This document shows positions 1-10,087 of a DNA stretch of 47,124 nt, piece after piece. The stretch is from contig NZ_SMNA01000003.1 of assembly GCF_004353825.1 (NCBI RefSeq), forward strand, positions 496,001-543,124. The letters run 5' to 3'. The notes beneath the pieces are model-generated. The model worked only from the letters and a program-made list of their open reading frames with translations. It had not been told where the DNA came from and searched no databases. Position numbers and translations under genes: made by a program. Within the stretch, counting starts at the first letter, position 1; every line of letters begins with the position of its first letter. The stretch is from Occultella glacieicola (lineage in GTDB: Bacteria; Actinomycetota; Actinomycetes; Actinomycetales; Beutenbergiaceae).

Positions 1-1
1 C

Positions 2-481
2 GGGTACGTCGTGTCCACCATCCACCGGGCCGAGAACACCGACGACCCCGATCGCCTGCGGGCGATCGTCGACGCGCTCGCCGGTGCGGGCACTCCGGTG
101 CTGCTCCTCGCGCACCCCCGTCTGGTGGCGCGTTGCGCCGAGTTCGGAATCGACCTCGGGGCCGCGGAGACGTTGCACACGGCCGCCCCGCTGCCCTACC
201 CGCAGATGGTCCAGGCCGTCGCCCACAGCGCCGGGGTTGTCACCGACTCCGGTGGGCTGCAGAAGGAGGCGTTCCTGCTCGGCCGGCCCTGCACCACGCT
301 GCGCACCGAGACCGAGTGGGTGGAGACGCTCGCCGACGGGTGGAACGTGCTGCTGCCGGGCCTCGAGGGCCTCGCCGACCTCGCCGCGCGGCAAGCACCG
401 TCGGCCCCTCAGGAGTCGCCGTACGGTGACGGGCGGGCGGCCTCTGCCGTGTTGGCCGCTCTGCGGGCTGCGCACCCTTAA
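2..481 (+). CDS. wecB: Non-hydrolysing UDP-N-acetylglucosamine 2-epimerase family (WecB/WbpI-like), 5'-truncated by the window edge
   Basis: Motifs TIHRAENTD, VVTDSGGLQKEAF, CTTLRTETEWVET and PYGDGRA. The frame is open back to position 2. Confidence 0.93.
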   Translation, partial: GYVVSTIHRAENTDDPDRLRAIVDALAGAGTPVLLLAHPRLVARCAEFGIDLGAAETLHTAAPLPYPQMVQAVAHSAGVVTDSGGLQKEAFLLGRPCTTLRTETEWVETLADGWNVLLPGLEGLADLAARQAPSAPQESPYGDGRAASAVLAALRAAHP

Positions 482-484
482 GGA

Positions 485-535
485 GACGACGGCGGCCCGG
501 CACCCACCGTAGGTAGGTGCCGGGCCGCTCTCGTC
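485..535. terminator. GC-rich hairpin between convergent genes, probable bidirectional intrinsic terminator
   Basis: gcggcccggcacc (492-504) pairs with ggtgccgggccgc (516-528), extended by gacga/tcgtc. It lies between the stop ending at 481 and the stop at 547. Confidence 0.8.
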
Positions 536-546
536 GGCTTCGGTGC

Positions 547-1539
547 TCAGGCCTCGAGCTGGATGGTCTGGCCGGTACGGGCCGACTCGATGGCGGCCTC
601 GGCCACGGCCACCGTGGCCGAGCCCTGCTTCATCGTGACGATGTCGGCCGGCTTGCCCAGTACCGCGTCCCGGAACGCCTCGTGCTCGGTCTTCAGCGGC
701 TCCGGCTTGCTGATCGCGAACCTCACCACGTCCCCTTCGGACACGCCGCGGAACTGGGCGACGTCGTCCCACTGGGTCTGGATCAGGCCGTTCGCGTAGA
801 ACGTCAGGTCCGCGAGCAGCGTGTCCGCCAGGAACGTCCCCTTCTCCCCCGTCACCACGGTGAGCCGTTCCTTCATCGGGGACAGCCAGTTCACCAGGTG
901 GTTGGTGACGATGCCGCCGGACAACATGCCGGTGATCGCGACCAGGTCCTCGAACTCGCGACCACTCTTGAACGCCGTCCGCGCTGCGACCGAGGTGTAG
1001 GACTGCTGCGCCACCCAGGCGGTGAGGTCGATGTCGTGGGTGCCGAGATCCTTGACGACGCCCACATCGGCGATCCTGGCCGGGAACGGGCCCTGGCGTC
1101 GGGTCGCGATCTGGTAGACGTCGCCGAGCTCTCCGGCCTCGAGGCGTGCGCGCAGGGACTGCAGCGCCGGGTTGTACCGCTCGATGTGTCCGACGGCGCC
1201 GACGAGTCCCCTGCTCTCGAACGCCTCCGCGAGCGCACGGGAGCCCTCGGTGTCCTTCGCGAGCGGCTTCTCGATGAGTGCGTGCACCCCGGCCTCAGCC
1301 AGGGCGAGCCCGGTCTCGGTGTGGAACTGCGTCGGCACCGCGACCATCGCGTAGTCGATGCCCGCCGCGATCAGCGCATGGACGTCCGGGAGCACGTCGA
1401 GGTCACCGGCCACGCCGTGCGGGTCGCCGCCGGGGTCGGCGACGGCCACGAGGTCGACGCCGTCGAGCGATCGGAGCACACGGGCGTGGTGACGCCCCAT
1501 CATGCCGAGACCGATGAGGCCGGCGCGCAGGTTCGCCAT
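547..1539 (-). CDS. Gfo/Idh/MocA family NAD-dependent oxidoreductase (WbpB/WlbA-like UDP-GlcNAcA 3-dehydrogenase)
   Basis: Rossmann GLIGLGMMG, LIEKP, VGHIERYNP and DLGTHDID motifs. The ATG overlaps the upstream TGA. Confidence 0.9.
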   Translation of the reverse strand: MANLRAGLIGLGMMGRHHARVLRSLDGVDLVAVADPGGDPHGVAGDLDVLPDVHALIAAGIDYAMVAVPTQFHTETGLALAEAGVHALIEKPLAKDTEGSRALAEAFESRGLVGAVGHIERYNPALQSLRARLEAGELGDVYQIATRRQGPFPARIADVGVVKDLGTHDIDLTAWVAQQSYTSVAARTAFKSGREFEDLVAITGMLSGGIVTNHLVNWLSPMKERLTVVTGEKGTFLADTLLADLTFYANGLIQTQWDDVAQFRGVSEGDVVRFAISKPEPLKTEHEAFRDAVLGKPADIVTMKQGSATVAVAEAAIESARTGQTIQLEA

Positions 1540-2639
1540 CACGCACCCGCCTTCGCGACCGTGTTCACCGCGGTGACGATGCGGTCGAGGTCCTCCTGCG
1601 AGAGCGAGGGGTGGACCGGCAGCGAGATGACCTCGCGGGCCGCCTTCTCGGTCTCCGGGAGGTCCAGGCCCGGGGCGTATGCCTTGAGGGACTCGAGCCG
1701 GTGGTTGGGGATCGGGTAATAGACGCCGCAGCCGACCGCGTGCTCCTCACGCAAAGCGGTCGCGAAGGCGTCCCGGTCACCGGAGACGCGGATCGTGTAT
1801 TGGTGGTAGACGTGGGTAGCGCCCTCCGCCACAGCCGGGGTGAGCACGCCCTCGAGGTTCGCGTCCAAGAACGCGGCGTTGTCCTGGCGGCTCCGGGTCC
1901 AGGCGGCGACCTTGGTCAGCTGCACCCGTCCGATGGCGGCGTGGATGTCCGTCATCCGGGCGTTGAAGCCGATCAGTTCGTTCGCGTACTGCTTCTCCAT
2001 GCCCTGGTTGCGCAGGAGCCGAACGTTACGGGCGATCTCGTCGGTGGCGCACGAGACCATGCCGCCCTCACCGGAGGTCATGTTCTTCGTCGGGTACAGC
2101 GAGAACATCGCGAAGTCGCCGAAGGATCCGACCGGGGCTCCGTCGAGGGTGGCGCCGTGGGCCTGCGCCGCGTCCTCGAACAGGCGCAGTCCGTGCTCGT
2201 GCGCGATGGCGCGCAGCTCGGTCATCGCCGCCGGATGCCCGTACAGGTGGACCGGCATGATGCCCTTGGTGCGCTCGGTGATCGCGGCCCGCACACTGGC
2301 CGGGTCGAGGTTGAAGTAGGTCCCCTCGATGTCGGCGAACACCGGGGTCGCGCCGGTGAGCGCCACCGAGTTGCCGGTCGCGGCGAACGTGAAGGAGGGC
2401 ACGATGACCTCGTCGCCCGGGCCGACACCGGCCGCCAGCAGCCCGAGGTGCAGCCCGGAAGTGCCCGAGTTGACGGCCACGCAGGTACGCCCGGCGACGA
2501 GCTCGGTCGCGAACTCCTGCTCGAAGGCGGCGACCTCCGGCCCCTGGGCGATCATGCCGCTGCGCAGGACGCGGTCGACCGCGGCGCGCTCCTCGTCGCC
2601 GACGATCGGCTTCGCCGCCGGGATCATGGGTTGGTTCAC
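1539..2639 (-). CDS. DegT/DnrJ/EryC1/StrS PLP sugar aminotransferase (WbpE/WlbC-like)
   Basis: VNSGTSGLH, PSFTFAAT, PVHLYG, EDAAQAHGA and FSLYPTKNMTSGEGG. The GTG start at 2639 has a GGAGG RBS and overlaps the upstream stop. Confidence 0.93.
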   Translation of the reverse strand: MNQPMIPAAKPIVGDEERAAVDRVLRSGMIAQGPEVAAFEQEFATELVAGRTCVAVNSGTSGLHLGLLAAGVGPGDEVIVPSFTFAATGNSVALTGATPVFADIEGTYFNLDPASVRAAITERTKGIMPVHLYGHPAAMTELRAIAHEHGLRLFEDAAQAHGATLDGAPVGSFGDFAMFSLYPTKNMTSGEGGMVSCATDEIARNVRLLRNQGMEKQYANELIGFNARMTDIHAAIGRVQLTKVAAWTRSRQDNAAFLDANLEGVLTPAVAEGATHVYHQYTIRVSGDRDAFATALREEHAVGCGVYYPIPNHRLESLKAYAPGLDLPETEKAAREVISLPVHPSLSQEDLDRIVTAVNTVAKAGA

Positions 2640-3250
2640 TTCGGTTCCTCCGTGTCCTGACCGGCCAGCGTGAGCACGCCGCCGGTTTCGTGATAGGTCT
2701 CGCCCGTGGTCGGGCAGCGCCATTGGCCGTCGCCGGCCTCCTCGAGTGGCACTCCGGCTCGGCCGACCCACTTGATCCGCCGTGCCGGGACGCCGGCGAC
2801 CAGCGCGAAGTCCGGCACATCCTTCGTCACGACCGCGCCCGCCGCCACGGTGGCCCAGCGGCCGACCGTCACGGGGGCGACGCAGACCGCGCGGGCCCCG
2901 ACCGAGGCCCCTTCGCGCAACGTCACCCCGACGGCCTCCCAGTCGGCGCCGCTCTTGAGTGAGCCGTCCGGGTTGACCGAGCGCGGGAACGTGTCGTTGG
3001 TCAACACGGCGGCAGGGCCGACGAACACCCCCGCTTCGAGCACCGCCGGCTCGTAGACCAGGGCGTAGTTCTGCACCTTGCAGTTGTCCCCCATCCGTAC
3101 CCCGGTGCCGATGTACGCGCCCCGCCCCACGATGCAGTTCTCGCCGAGGACCGCGTTCTCCCGGACCTGGGCCAGGTGCCAGACGGAGGACCCGTCACCG
3201 ATGGTGGCTCGGTCGTCCACGTCCGCGGTGTCGACGATGCGCACGTTCAA
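2636..3250 (-). CDS. Hexapeptide-repeat N-acetyltransferase (WbpD/WlbB-like)
   Basis: Left-handed beta-helix repeats, IGDGSSVWH, TNDTFPRS and VAAGAVVTKDVP..LVAGVPAR. TTG start with GGAGG RBS. Confidence 0.9.
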   Translation of the reverse strand: MNVRIVDTADVDDRATIGDGSSVWHLAQVRENAVLGENCIVGRGAYIGTGVRMGDNCKVQNYALVYEPAVLEAGVFVGPAAVLTNDTFPRSVNPDGSLKSGADWEAVGVTLREGASVGARAVCVAPVTVGRWATVAAGAVVTKDVPDFALVAGVPARRIKWVGRAGVPLEEAGDGQWRCPTTGETYHETGGVLTLAGQDTEEPK

Positions 3251-3345
3251 GGGATGGCCTCCGTGGTGTTCGGGGTGGGTCGAAGCGCGTCAAGCGTACA
3301 GTCCTCGGAATCGGCGATCGGACCGAAGGTCCCAGACCGCCGTCC

Positions 3346-5412
3346 CTACGCGGCATCGATGCCCTCGGCGAGGAAGGGCACGAGCGCTACCGAGTATTCG
3401 GCCGAGATGTGGCTGTAGTCGCGGTACACGATCACGTCACCGATGACCGGATAGCACGTGGTCTCGTCGCAGAAGTGGTCGGTCAGGTCGATCAGGTTCG
3501 CCCCGGCCGAGTCCGCCGCGGCGACGAGCGGGTCGGCCGGAACGGCGTCCGCCCGGTCCGTCGCGCAGTCGATCGGGACCTGCGCCGTCGCGAGACAGTC
3601 GGGGACATTCTCCCCCTGGGTCCTCGGGACCGCGGCGATCACGTGGACCGGATGACCCTGCTCGATCCACTGCGACCATACGTCGGCGTACCCGTCGCTC
3701 GCGGGATCCGCGTAGTCCTCTCCGGGCGCCGATTCGTAGGTGTACGCGGATGAGTAGGCGGTCGTGACGATGTCGGTGATCTCCGGGTGCGCCGCGAGAT
3801 CAGCATTCACCGCGGCGAGCCATTCGGTGCACAGCTGTTGTGCCTCACCGGTCTGCTCGCTCGGCAGTCCCCGGAGGGCGTTGGTCGGCGGGCAGCTCGA
3901 CTTCGTGTAGGTGCGCACCTGCCAGTTCCGCTCCCGCCCCAACGCGTCCAGGGCGGTGAACCACTGGGTGCCGTGCGAGTCTCCGATCATCGCGATCACC
4001 CGCTCGGGGTCGGGGTCGGAACTTCCGATCGTGCAGGACCGGAGGGCAGCCGAGGCAAGGCTGGTCTGGCAGTCAGGGAACCGCGGCTCGGAGTTCTGCT
4101 CGGCGACCACTTCGGGTGGCGGGTTGACGGGCCCTGCTCCGATCACGGAACCGCATGCGTCTGGGGCGGCGATCGCGGCCGGTCCGAAGCAGTCCTGTTG
4201 CTGGGCCTGCGTGAACGCCTCCTGTGCCGCAGCCTCGCGGCTGTCCAGCGCGGCGCCGATCCCGAGGCCCATGGCGACCACCGTGACCATTCCGACGACG
4301 GCGAACCGGTAGGCGTTCGCCCGCGCACGCGCGATCCAGCCCGTGGTCCGGAACCGGTCCTCGACAACCACCTTCGTGACCCAGGCCAGCAGGAGCGACA
4401 CCGCGCCGATCAGGATCTTCTGCCAGGCCACCAGCGAGGAGCCGATGACGTAGGGCACCACGACGATGAGCGGCCAGTGCCAGAGATAGACGGAGTACGA
4501 GATGTCCCCGACGAAGGTCATCGGGCGCCAGGACAGCAACCTGCCCGCACTCCACGGCTGGGAGGTCGACCCCGCGAGGATCACAGCGGCCGCACCCAGG
4601 GTCGGGACGGCGGCCAGCCAGCCCGGGAAGGCCGTCGCCCCGGTGTAGGCGAACCCGCTGTAGACGATTGCTCCCAGACCCAGGAGCCCGAGGACCGGCG
4701 CCCAACGCCCGGGAGCCCGCAGCGGCAGCAGCGCCAGAGCGGCGCCGATGACGAACTCCCAGATCCTGGTCGGGGTCACGAAGTACGCCGACGCCTGGTT
4801 GGCCCCGGTCTCGACCACCGACCAGACGAGCGATGCGATGCCGACGATCCCGAGGATCACGGTCAACGCCAGCCGACGATCACCGCCGAACATGCCGGTC
4901 CGCCGGACCAGCACGATCGTGCCCAGCACCAGGAGCGGCCACAGCACGTAGAACTGCTCCTCCACGGACAGCGACCAGAAGTGCTGTGCCACGGTCGGGA
5001 CATTGCCCTGGGCCATGTAGTCGACGGCGTCGGACGCCAGCACCCAGTTCTGGACGTAGAGCGCGCTGGCGCCGATCTGACGGGCGGACTGACTCCAGAG
5101 GGTCTCCGGCACCCAGAGCACGACCGCGACGGCGGAGACCGCCAGCACCAGCAGCGACGCGGGCAGGAGTCGTCGGATCCGTCGCGCCCAGAAGGAGGAC
5201 AGCGAGAGCGAGCCCGTCCGCTCCACCTCTCGGAAGATGTGGGACGTGATCAGGTAACCCGATATGACGAAGAACACATCGACGCCGACGTAGCCCCCGG
5301 GCATCCGCAGCGGCCACAGGTGGTAGATGACGACCAGGCCGACCGCGATGGCGCGCAAACCTTGGATCTCCGGGCGGAAGCCCCCCGTGCTCTGGCGTTG
5401 GTCCTGGCTCAA
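3346..5412 (-). CDS. Acyltransferase family 3 fused to a C-terminal SGNH domain (OatA-like O-acyltransferase)
   Basis: FRPEIQGLRAIAV, GGYVGVDVFFVISGYLIT, FWARRIRRLLP, HFWSLSVEEQFY and GDISYSVYLWHWP, about 11 TM segments, then GDSH and YRDYSH (DxxH). Confidence 0.93.
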   Translation of the reverse strand: MSQDQRQSTGGFRPEIQGLRAIAVGLVVIYHLWPLRMPGGYVGVDVFFVISGYLITSHIFREVERTGSLSLSSFWARRIRRLLPASLLVLAVSAVAVVLWVPETLWSQSARQIGASALYVQNWVLASDAVDYMAQGNVPTVAQHFWSLSVEEQFYVLWPLLVLGTIVLVRRTGMFGGDRRLALTVILGIVGIASLVWSVVETGANQASAYFVTPTRIWEFVIGAALALLPLRAPGRWAPVLGLLGLGAIVYSGFAYTGATAFPGWLAAVPTLGAAAVILAGSTSQPWSAGRLLSWRPMTFVGDISYSVYLWHWPLIVVVPYVIGSSLVAWQKILIGAVSLLLAWVTKVVVEDRFRTTGWIARARANAYRFAVVGMVTVVAMGLGIGAALDSREAAAQEAFTQAQQQDCFGPAAIAAPDACGSVIGAGPVNPPPEVVAEQNSEPRFPDCQTSLASAALRSCTIGSSDPDPERVIAMIGDSHGTQWFTALDALGRERNWQVRTYTKSSCPPTNALRGLPSEQTGEAQQLCTEWLAAVNADLAAHPEITDIVTTAYSSAYTYESAPGEDYADPASDGYADVWSQWIEQGHPVHVIAAVPRTQGENVPDCLATAQVPIDCATDRADAVPADPLVAAADSAGANLIDLTDHFCDETTCYPVIGDVIVYRDYSHISAEYSVALVPFLAEGIDAA

Positions 5413-5565
5413 GCCCTACTGTCCTCACTTCGCCGTAGTCCCGGGCGAGCATAGCTCGCGGTGCACCGGTCCCGACCACTTCCGACGGGCCACCGCCCGG
5501 TACGTCCTATCCTTGTGGCTGGCCACCGTGCCATCGTCCGGATCCCGAAGTGAGAGAGAGTCGCC

Positions 5566-6423
5566 ATGGCGAGTGTCACCGAGAACACCTCGCCCGTCGA
5601 TGAACTCCACATCTACGAGCCACACCGGGCCGGCCTCCCGAAACTCGGCCCTTACACCAGGCAGTTGTGGGCCCGTCGGGAGTTCGCCGCAGAGTTCTCA
5701 CGCGCCGGTATCCGTGCAGCGAACACGCAGACCCTCTTCGGCCAGCTCTGGTTGGTGCTCAACCCGACACTCCTTGCCCTGGTGTACTACGTGCTCGTGA
5801 GCGTGATCCGCCAGAGTGCCGGCGGATTCGAGACCCTGGCCCACATCACCTGCGGGCTCTTCCTCTTCTACTTCGTCTCGGGGAGCATCACCCAGGGCGC
5901 CCAGTCGGTGACGGGGGGCGGGAAGCTCATCATGAACATGAACTTCCCACGGCTGCTGCTGCCTTTCGCGGCCGTGCGGACCGCGTTCTTCCGGTTCCTG
6001 CCCACCGTCCCGGTGTACTTTCTCATCCACATCCTGGCCGGCGGAGTCTGGAGCCCCCAGATGCTGTTGGCGAGCGTCTTCCTGGGGCTCACGGTCATCT
6101 TCTGTATCGGGATGGCCGCCATCTTCGCGACGGTCCAGGTCTACTTCCGGGACACGTCGAGCTTCCTGCCCTACCTCGTCCGGATCTGGCTGTATCTCTC
6201 GCCTGTGCTCTGGTTCGCCGACGAGGCTCCGGAGCAGTTCCAGGACCTGATGGTGCTCAACCCCTTGTACTCGCTGATCGGTAGCTGGACCGACCTGCTG
6301 CTTCGCGGGATCATCCCCGAGCCGAAGATGTGGCTGGCCGCGTCGATCTGGGCCGTTCTCGCCTTCGTGGGCGGATCACTGCTGTTCATGTCTAGGGAGC
6401 GTGAGTTCACTGTCCGCCTCTGA
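5566..6423 (+). CDS. wzm: ABC-2 polysaccharide export permease (Wzm/TagG-like)
   Basis: FGQLWLVLNP, FPRLLLP, VYFRD, YLSPVLW and LNPLY motifs. Hydrophobic, and followed by its ATPase. Confidence 0.92.
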   Translation: MASVTENTSPVDELHIYEPHRAGLPKLGPYTRQLWARREFAAEFSRAGIRAANTQTLFGQLWLVLNPTLLALVYYVLVSVIRQSAGGFETLAHITCGLFLFYFVSGSITQGAQSVTGGGKLIMNMNFPRLLLPFAAVRTAFFRFLPTVPVYFLIHILAGGVWSPQMLLASVFLGLTVIFCIGMAAIFATVQVYFRDTSSFLPYLVRIWLYLSPVLWFADEAPEQFQDLMVLNPLYSLIGSWTDLLLRGIIPEPKMWLAASIWAVLAFVGGSLLFMSREREFTVRL

Positions 6424-7312
6424 TTCCACACCGACGCCGACTCCGGGCGGCACGGAGGTTCCGGTCGCGGGCCCCGAGGACGGAGCGAACCCGACCGCCC
6501 CGCACGTCGGCGAACCGGCTCAACCCCCGGCCACGGCCGCCGCTCCCCCGCCGGTCGTCTCCGTCCAGAACGTATCGATCACCTATCGGACGACGTTCGA
6601 GGCGGCTCCGACCCTCAAGAACACCATCGTTCGGCTGGGTCGGGGCGAGCGCAAGGTGAAGGTCGTCGATGCGGTCAAGAACATGTCGTTCGACATCAAG
6701 CCGGGAACCTCGGTCGGGATCATCGGGGCCAACGGCGCGGGAAAGTCGACACTGATGCGCGCCATCGCGGGAGTCCTGCCACCGAGTCAGGGCCGCATCG
6801 AGGTCCGCGGCCGGATCAGTGCCCTCCTTGCCCTCGGGGTCGGGTTCAATCCGAACCTGACCGGCCGGGAGAACGTGATCCTGGGCGGCCTCGCCGCGGG
6901 ACTGACCCGTGCCGAGGTGAAGGAGCGCGCCGACGAGGTCGCCGACTTCGCGGAGATCGGCGACTTCATGGACATGCCGATGCGCACCTACTCCTCGGGG
7001 ATGTACCAGCGTCTCGCGTTCTCCGTCTCGGTCCACATGGACCCCGACATCCTGCTCGTCGACGAGGCGCTCTCGGCGGGTGACGCGAGTTTCAAGGTGA
7101 AGGCCACCGCCAAGATGGCCGAACTCATGGAGAGCGCCCGCGCGATGTTCCTGGTCTCCCATTCACTCGGATCGATCCGGGAGATGTGCAACGAGGTGCT
7201 CTGGATCCACAAGGGCGAACTGATCATGCAGGGTTCCCCGCGGCGGGCGATCCGTGCCTACACGAACTTCCTCAAGGTGGGCGAGAACGCCTATACCTTC
7301 GAGGACCTCTGA
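6401..7312 (+). CDS. wzt: ABC polysaccharide export ATP-binding protein (Wzt/TagH-like)
   Basis: Walker A GANGAGKST, GFNPNLTGREN, signature YSSGMYQRLAF, Walker B ILLVDEALSAGD and the SH switch. Exact start uncertain (Pro-rich N-terminus). Confidence 0.93.
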   Translation: MSSLSASDSTPTPTPGGTEVPVAGPEDGANPTAPHVGEPAQPPATAAAPPPVVSVQNVSITYRTTFEAAPTLKNTIVRLGRGERKVKVVDAVKNMSFDIKPGTSVGIIGANGAGKSTLMRAIAGVLPPSQGRIEVRGRISALLALGVGFNPNLTGRENVILGGLAAGLTRAEVKERADEVADFAEIGDFMDMPMRTYSSGMYQRLAFSVSVHMDPDILLVDEALSAGDASFKVKATAKMAELMESARAMFLVSHSLGSIREMCNEVLWIHKGELIMQGSPRRAIRAYTNFLKVGENAYTFEDL

Positions 7313-7319
7313 CGGACGC

Positions 7320-8435
7320 GTGCACCAGGTCGACCTCTCGATCATCACCTCGGCGCACGACGTCGCGGATGCTCGGCTGCACCGTCAGGTCGCCGCGCTC
7401 CGACGGGCGGGCCTGAGCGTCGAGGTGCTCGGACTCGGGAGGGCCGAGGACGGGCCCTCCGGTGCCGACATCCGCGTGTTCGCCCGACGGCACGGGGTGC
7501 GGCGCGCATCGTTCGCCATGTCGTTGCCCTGGCGCGCGCACGGCCGGGTGCTGATGACACTCGATCCCGACTCGTCGTTCGCCGGCTGGCTCAACAGTCG
7601 GTTGACCCGACGGAGCCTGATCAGCGACGTGCATGAGGACTACCGCGCACTGCTCGCGGACCGGGCCTGGGCACGGGGCATCCGCCGCCTGCCCGCATCG
7701 ATCTGGGCGCGGCTGGGCCTCTTCGCTGCGGCGCGTTCCGACGCGACCGTCGTGGCGGATGCCCATCTGCTACCCGACCTGGACCGTCGCGTGGTGTTGC
7801 GTAACGTTCCCGACCTCACGATGGTGCCGGAGCCGTCGACCCCGTCGCTGCCCAGGCGAGCTCTGTACATCGGGGACATCCGGGCAAGTCGTGGCCTGTT
7901 CGCGATGGTGGAGGCGGTGCGCTCGGCGCCCGCGTGGCGACTGGACCTCATCGGCCCGATGGCCGAAGCGGACCGAGGCCGGTTCGAGGCATGTCTGGCC
8001 GAGGATCCGGCCCTGGCTGCCCGCGTCCAGTGGCGCGATCGACTACCCCCGGCCGACGCCTGGGCCGCCGCAACCGGGGCCAGCGTCGGTCTCTCCCTCC
8101 TGGACGACACGCCGGCCTTCCGGGCCGCGATGCCGTCCAAGATCTACGAGTACCTCGCGACCGGCCTCCCGGTGCTCACCACCGGACTACCGCGCCCGGC
8201 CGAACTGCTCCGCTCCAGCGGCGCGGGCGTCGTGGTCACGGGCTCCGCCGAGGCGGGCCAGGTTCTCGCCGGATGGACCGATCGTCCGCAGGAGTTGGCT
8301 CGCCTCCGTGATCGCGCCCTGATCTGGCGGGCCGAGGAACTCGTGGCGGCCGATCCGACGGCCGACTTCGTGCGCGTCGTGACCGACCTGACCGACAACC
8401 AGCCGAAAGCCGATCACCCGGGGGACAACGAGTGA
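7320..8435 (+). CDS. Glycosyltransferase, GT-B/GT4-like
   Basis: SAHDVADARL, DVHEDY, YIGDIRASRG and MPSKIYEYLATGLPV. GTG at 7320 chosen as the start. Confidence 0.85.
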   Translation: MHQVDLSIITSAHDVADARLHRQVAALRRAGLSVEVLGLGRAEDGPSGADIRVFARRHGVRRASFAMSLPWRAHGRVLMTLDPDSSFAGWLNSRLTRRSLISDVHEDYRALLADRAWARGIRRLPASIWARLGLFAAARSDATVVADAHLLPDLDRRVVLRNVPDLTMVPEPSTPSLPRRALYIGDIRASRGLFAMVEAVRSAPAWRLDLIGPMAEADRGRFEACLAEDPALAARVQWRDRLPPADAWAAATGASVGLSLLDDTPAFRAAMPSKIYEYLATGLPVLTTGLPRPAELLRSSGAGVVVTGSAEAGQVLAGWTDRPQELARLRDRALIWRAEELVAADPTADFVRVVTDLTDNQPKADHPGDNE

Positions 8436-10087
8436 CTACCCGCAAGCCACGGCTCGTCATCGTGGTCCAGAGCAAGATCACGGGGGACTCCCGGGTCCAG
8501 AAGGCCGCCATCTCGGCGGCCAGGGCCGGTTGGGAGGTCGCCCTGCTCGGCTTCGACGGGATCGGTGGAGAGCCCCGGTCCTGGCTCGGCTCCGTCCGGG
8601 TGATCCGGCGCGGAATCGGAACCGCACACCGTGACGAGTTCGCGGCCCGCTGGGTCGAGATCCGCAGTCCCCTGTTCCCGGGCGCCTATCGACACACGTC
8701 CGAACAGGTGAACGCCGGTCGCCGGCTGAGCCGCCGGATCCGGCGGGAGCGGGAGCGGCTCCCCCAGCGGTCCGGCCCGGCGGGGCTCCTGCGACGGATA
8801 CTTCTCGAGACCCGGCTGCTCGGGCCACGCGTCAGCCACAAGGTCCGCTCCTGGGGGGCCGGCAGCCACCGCAGCACGCTCCCGGACAAGAACCCCGAGG
8901 ATGTCACCTGGCGGGAGGACCTCCCAGCCTTCCTCGACTGGCGCGATGCCTTCGCGCCCGCGTTGGTGAGCCTGGCCCCGGACCTGATCCACTCCAACGA
9001 TCCCGCCATGATCGGCGTGGCCCACGAGGCGGTCTCGGCCCTGCGGGCTCGCGGCCGTGCCGTGGGCTGGATCCACGACATCCACGAGCATGTCTCCGCG
9101 GTCGACTGGGGCTCGGAACGCATCTCGGCTGCGTACGTGGACCACGAGCGGGAGTACATCGCGGCGCCCGATGCCTTGGTGACGGTCAGTCCCGAGATCG
9201 CCGAGATGCTCGCCGACGAGTATGCGCTCGACGAGCCTCCCGCCGTCGTCCGCAACGCCCCCCTGGCCGACGTTCGCACCGATGACGCGCCGAGCCTGCG
9301 GGAGCGGATCGGCCTGGACCCGGGTGTGCCGCTCATCGTGAGCAGCGGTTCGGTCGATCCACGACGCGGGCTGCACACCGTGATCGAGGCATTGCCGGCC
9401 GTGCGCGACGTCCACCTCGCGATCGTCACCCGGGAGCCCGAGACCACCGGTCCGCTGCACACGCTGCTGAAACGCGCCGAGGAACTCGGGGTCAGGGACC
9501 GGGTGCACACGGCACCCTACGTGCCCACGTTCCAGATCTCGGCCTACCTCTCCTCGGCCGACATCGGCGTGTTCGCCGGTGTCCATTATCCGAACTACGA
9601 AGCGTCGCTACCCACCAAGCTGCCGGAGTACCTCCACGGCGGCCTACCACTCCTCGTCAGTGACCTGGCCACGCCGTCGGCGTTCGTGCGGAAGCATGGT
9701 GTCGGCGAAGTGTTCGTCGCCGAGGACTCAGCCGACCTCGCCCGGGCCGTCCGTGACCTGCTGGCCGACCTCGACGGCTATCGGAACGCGATCACGAAGC
9801 CCCTCCTCGAGGAACTCTCCTGGCAGCACCAGGCGACCACGCTCGTCGACCTCTACACCCGCGTGACGGGGATCCGTCCGGAGGTTCCCGAGGAGGCGAT
9901 CCCCTGGGAGGTATCGGAGACCGAGAGCGGGCCGCGCGACCCGTGGCCGGACCTCGAACCGGTCCACGATCCCCAGCCTGCCTCGGAGGGCGTCGAGGAC
10001 CCGAACCCGGAGGCGGACGAAGACGAGGCTCTAGCGCTGCCCGACGGCACGCGCAGCCGCCTGGAGGCCGTTGAGGATCGCGGCTGA
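8432..10087 (+). CDS. Glycosyltransferase family 4
   Basis: DSRVQKAA, IHSND, HDIHE, TVSP, VVRNAP and LPTKLPEYLHGGLP. GTGA coupling to the previous gene; acidic C-terminal tail. Confidence 0.88.
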   Translation: MTTRKPRLVIVVQSKITGDSRVQKAAISAARAGWEVALLGFDGIGGEPRSWLGSVRVIRRGIGTAHRDEFAARWVEIRSPLFPGAYRHTSEQVNAGRRLSRRIRRERERLPQRSGPAGLLRRILLETRLLGPRVSHKVRSWGAGSHRSTLPDKNPEDVTWREDLPAFLDWRDAFAPALVSLAPDLIHSNDPAMIGVAHEAVSALRARGRAVGWIHDIHEHVSAVDWGSERISAAYVDHEREYIAAPDALVTVSPEIAEMLADEYALDEPPAVVRNAPLADVRTDDAPSLRERIGLDPGVPLIVSSGSVDPRRGLHTVIEALPAVRDVHLAIVTREPETTGPLHTLLKRAEELGVRDRVHTAPYVPTFQISAYLSSADIGVFAGVHYPNYEASLPTKLPEYLHGGLPLLVSDLATPSAFVRKHGVGEVFVAEDSADLARAVRDLLADLDGYRNAITKPLLEELSWQHQATTLVDLYTRVTGIRPEVPEEAIPWEVSETESGPRDPWPDLEPVHDPQPASEGVEDPNPEADEDEALALPDGTRSRLEAVEDRG

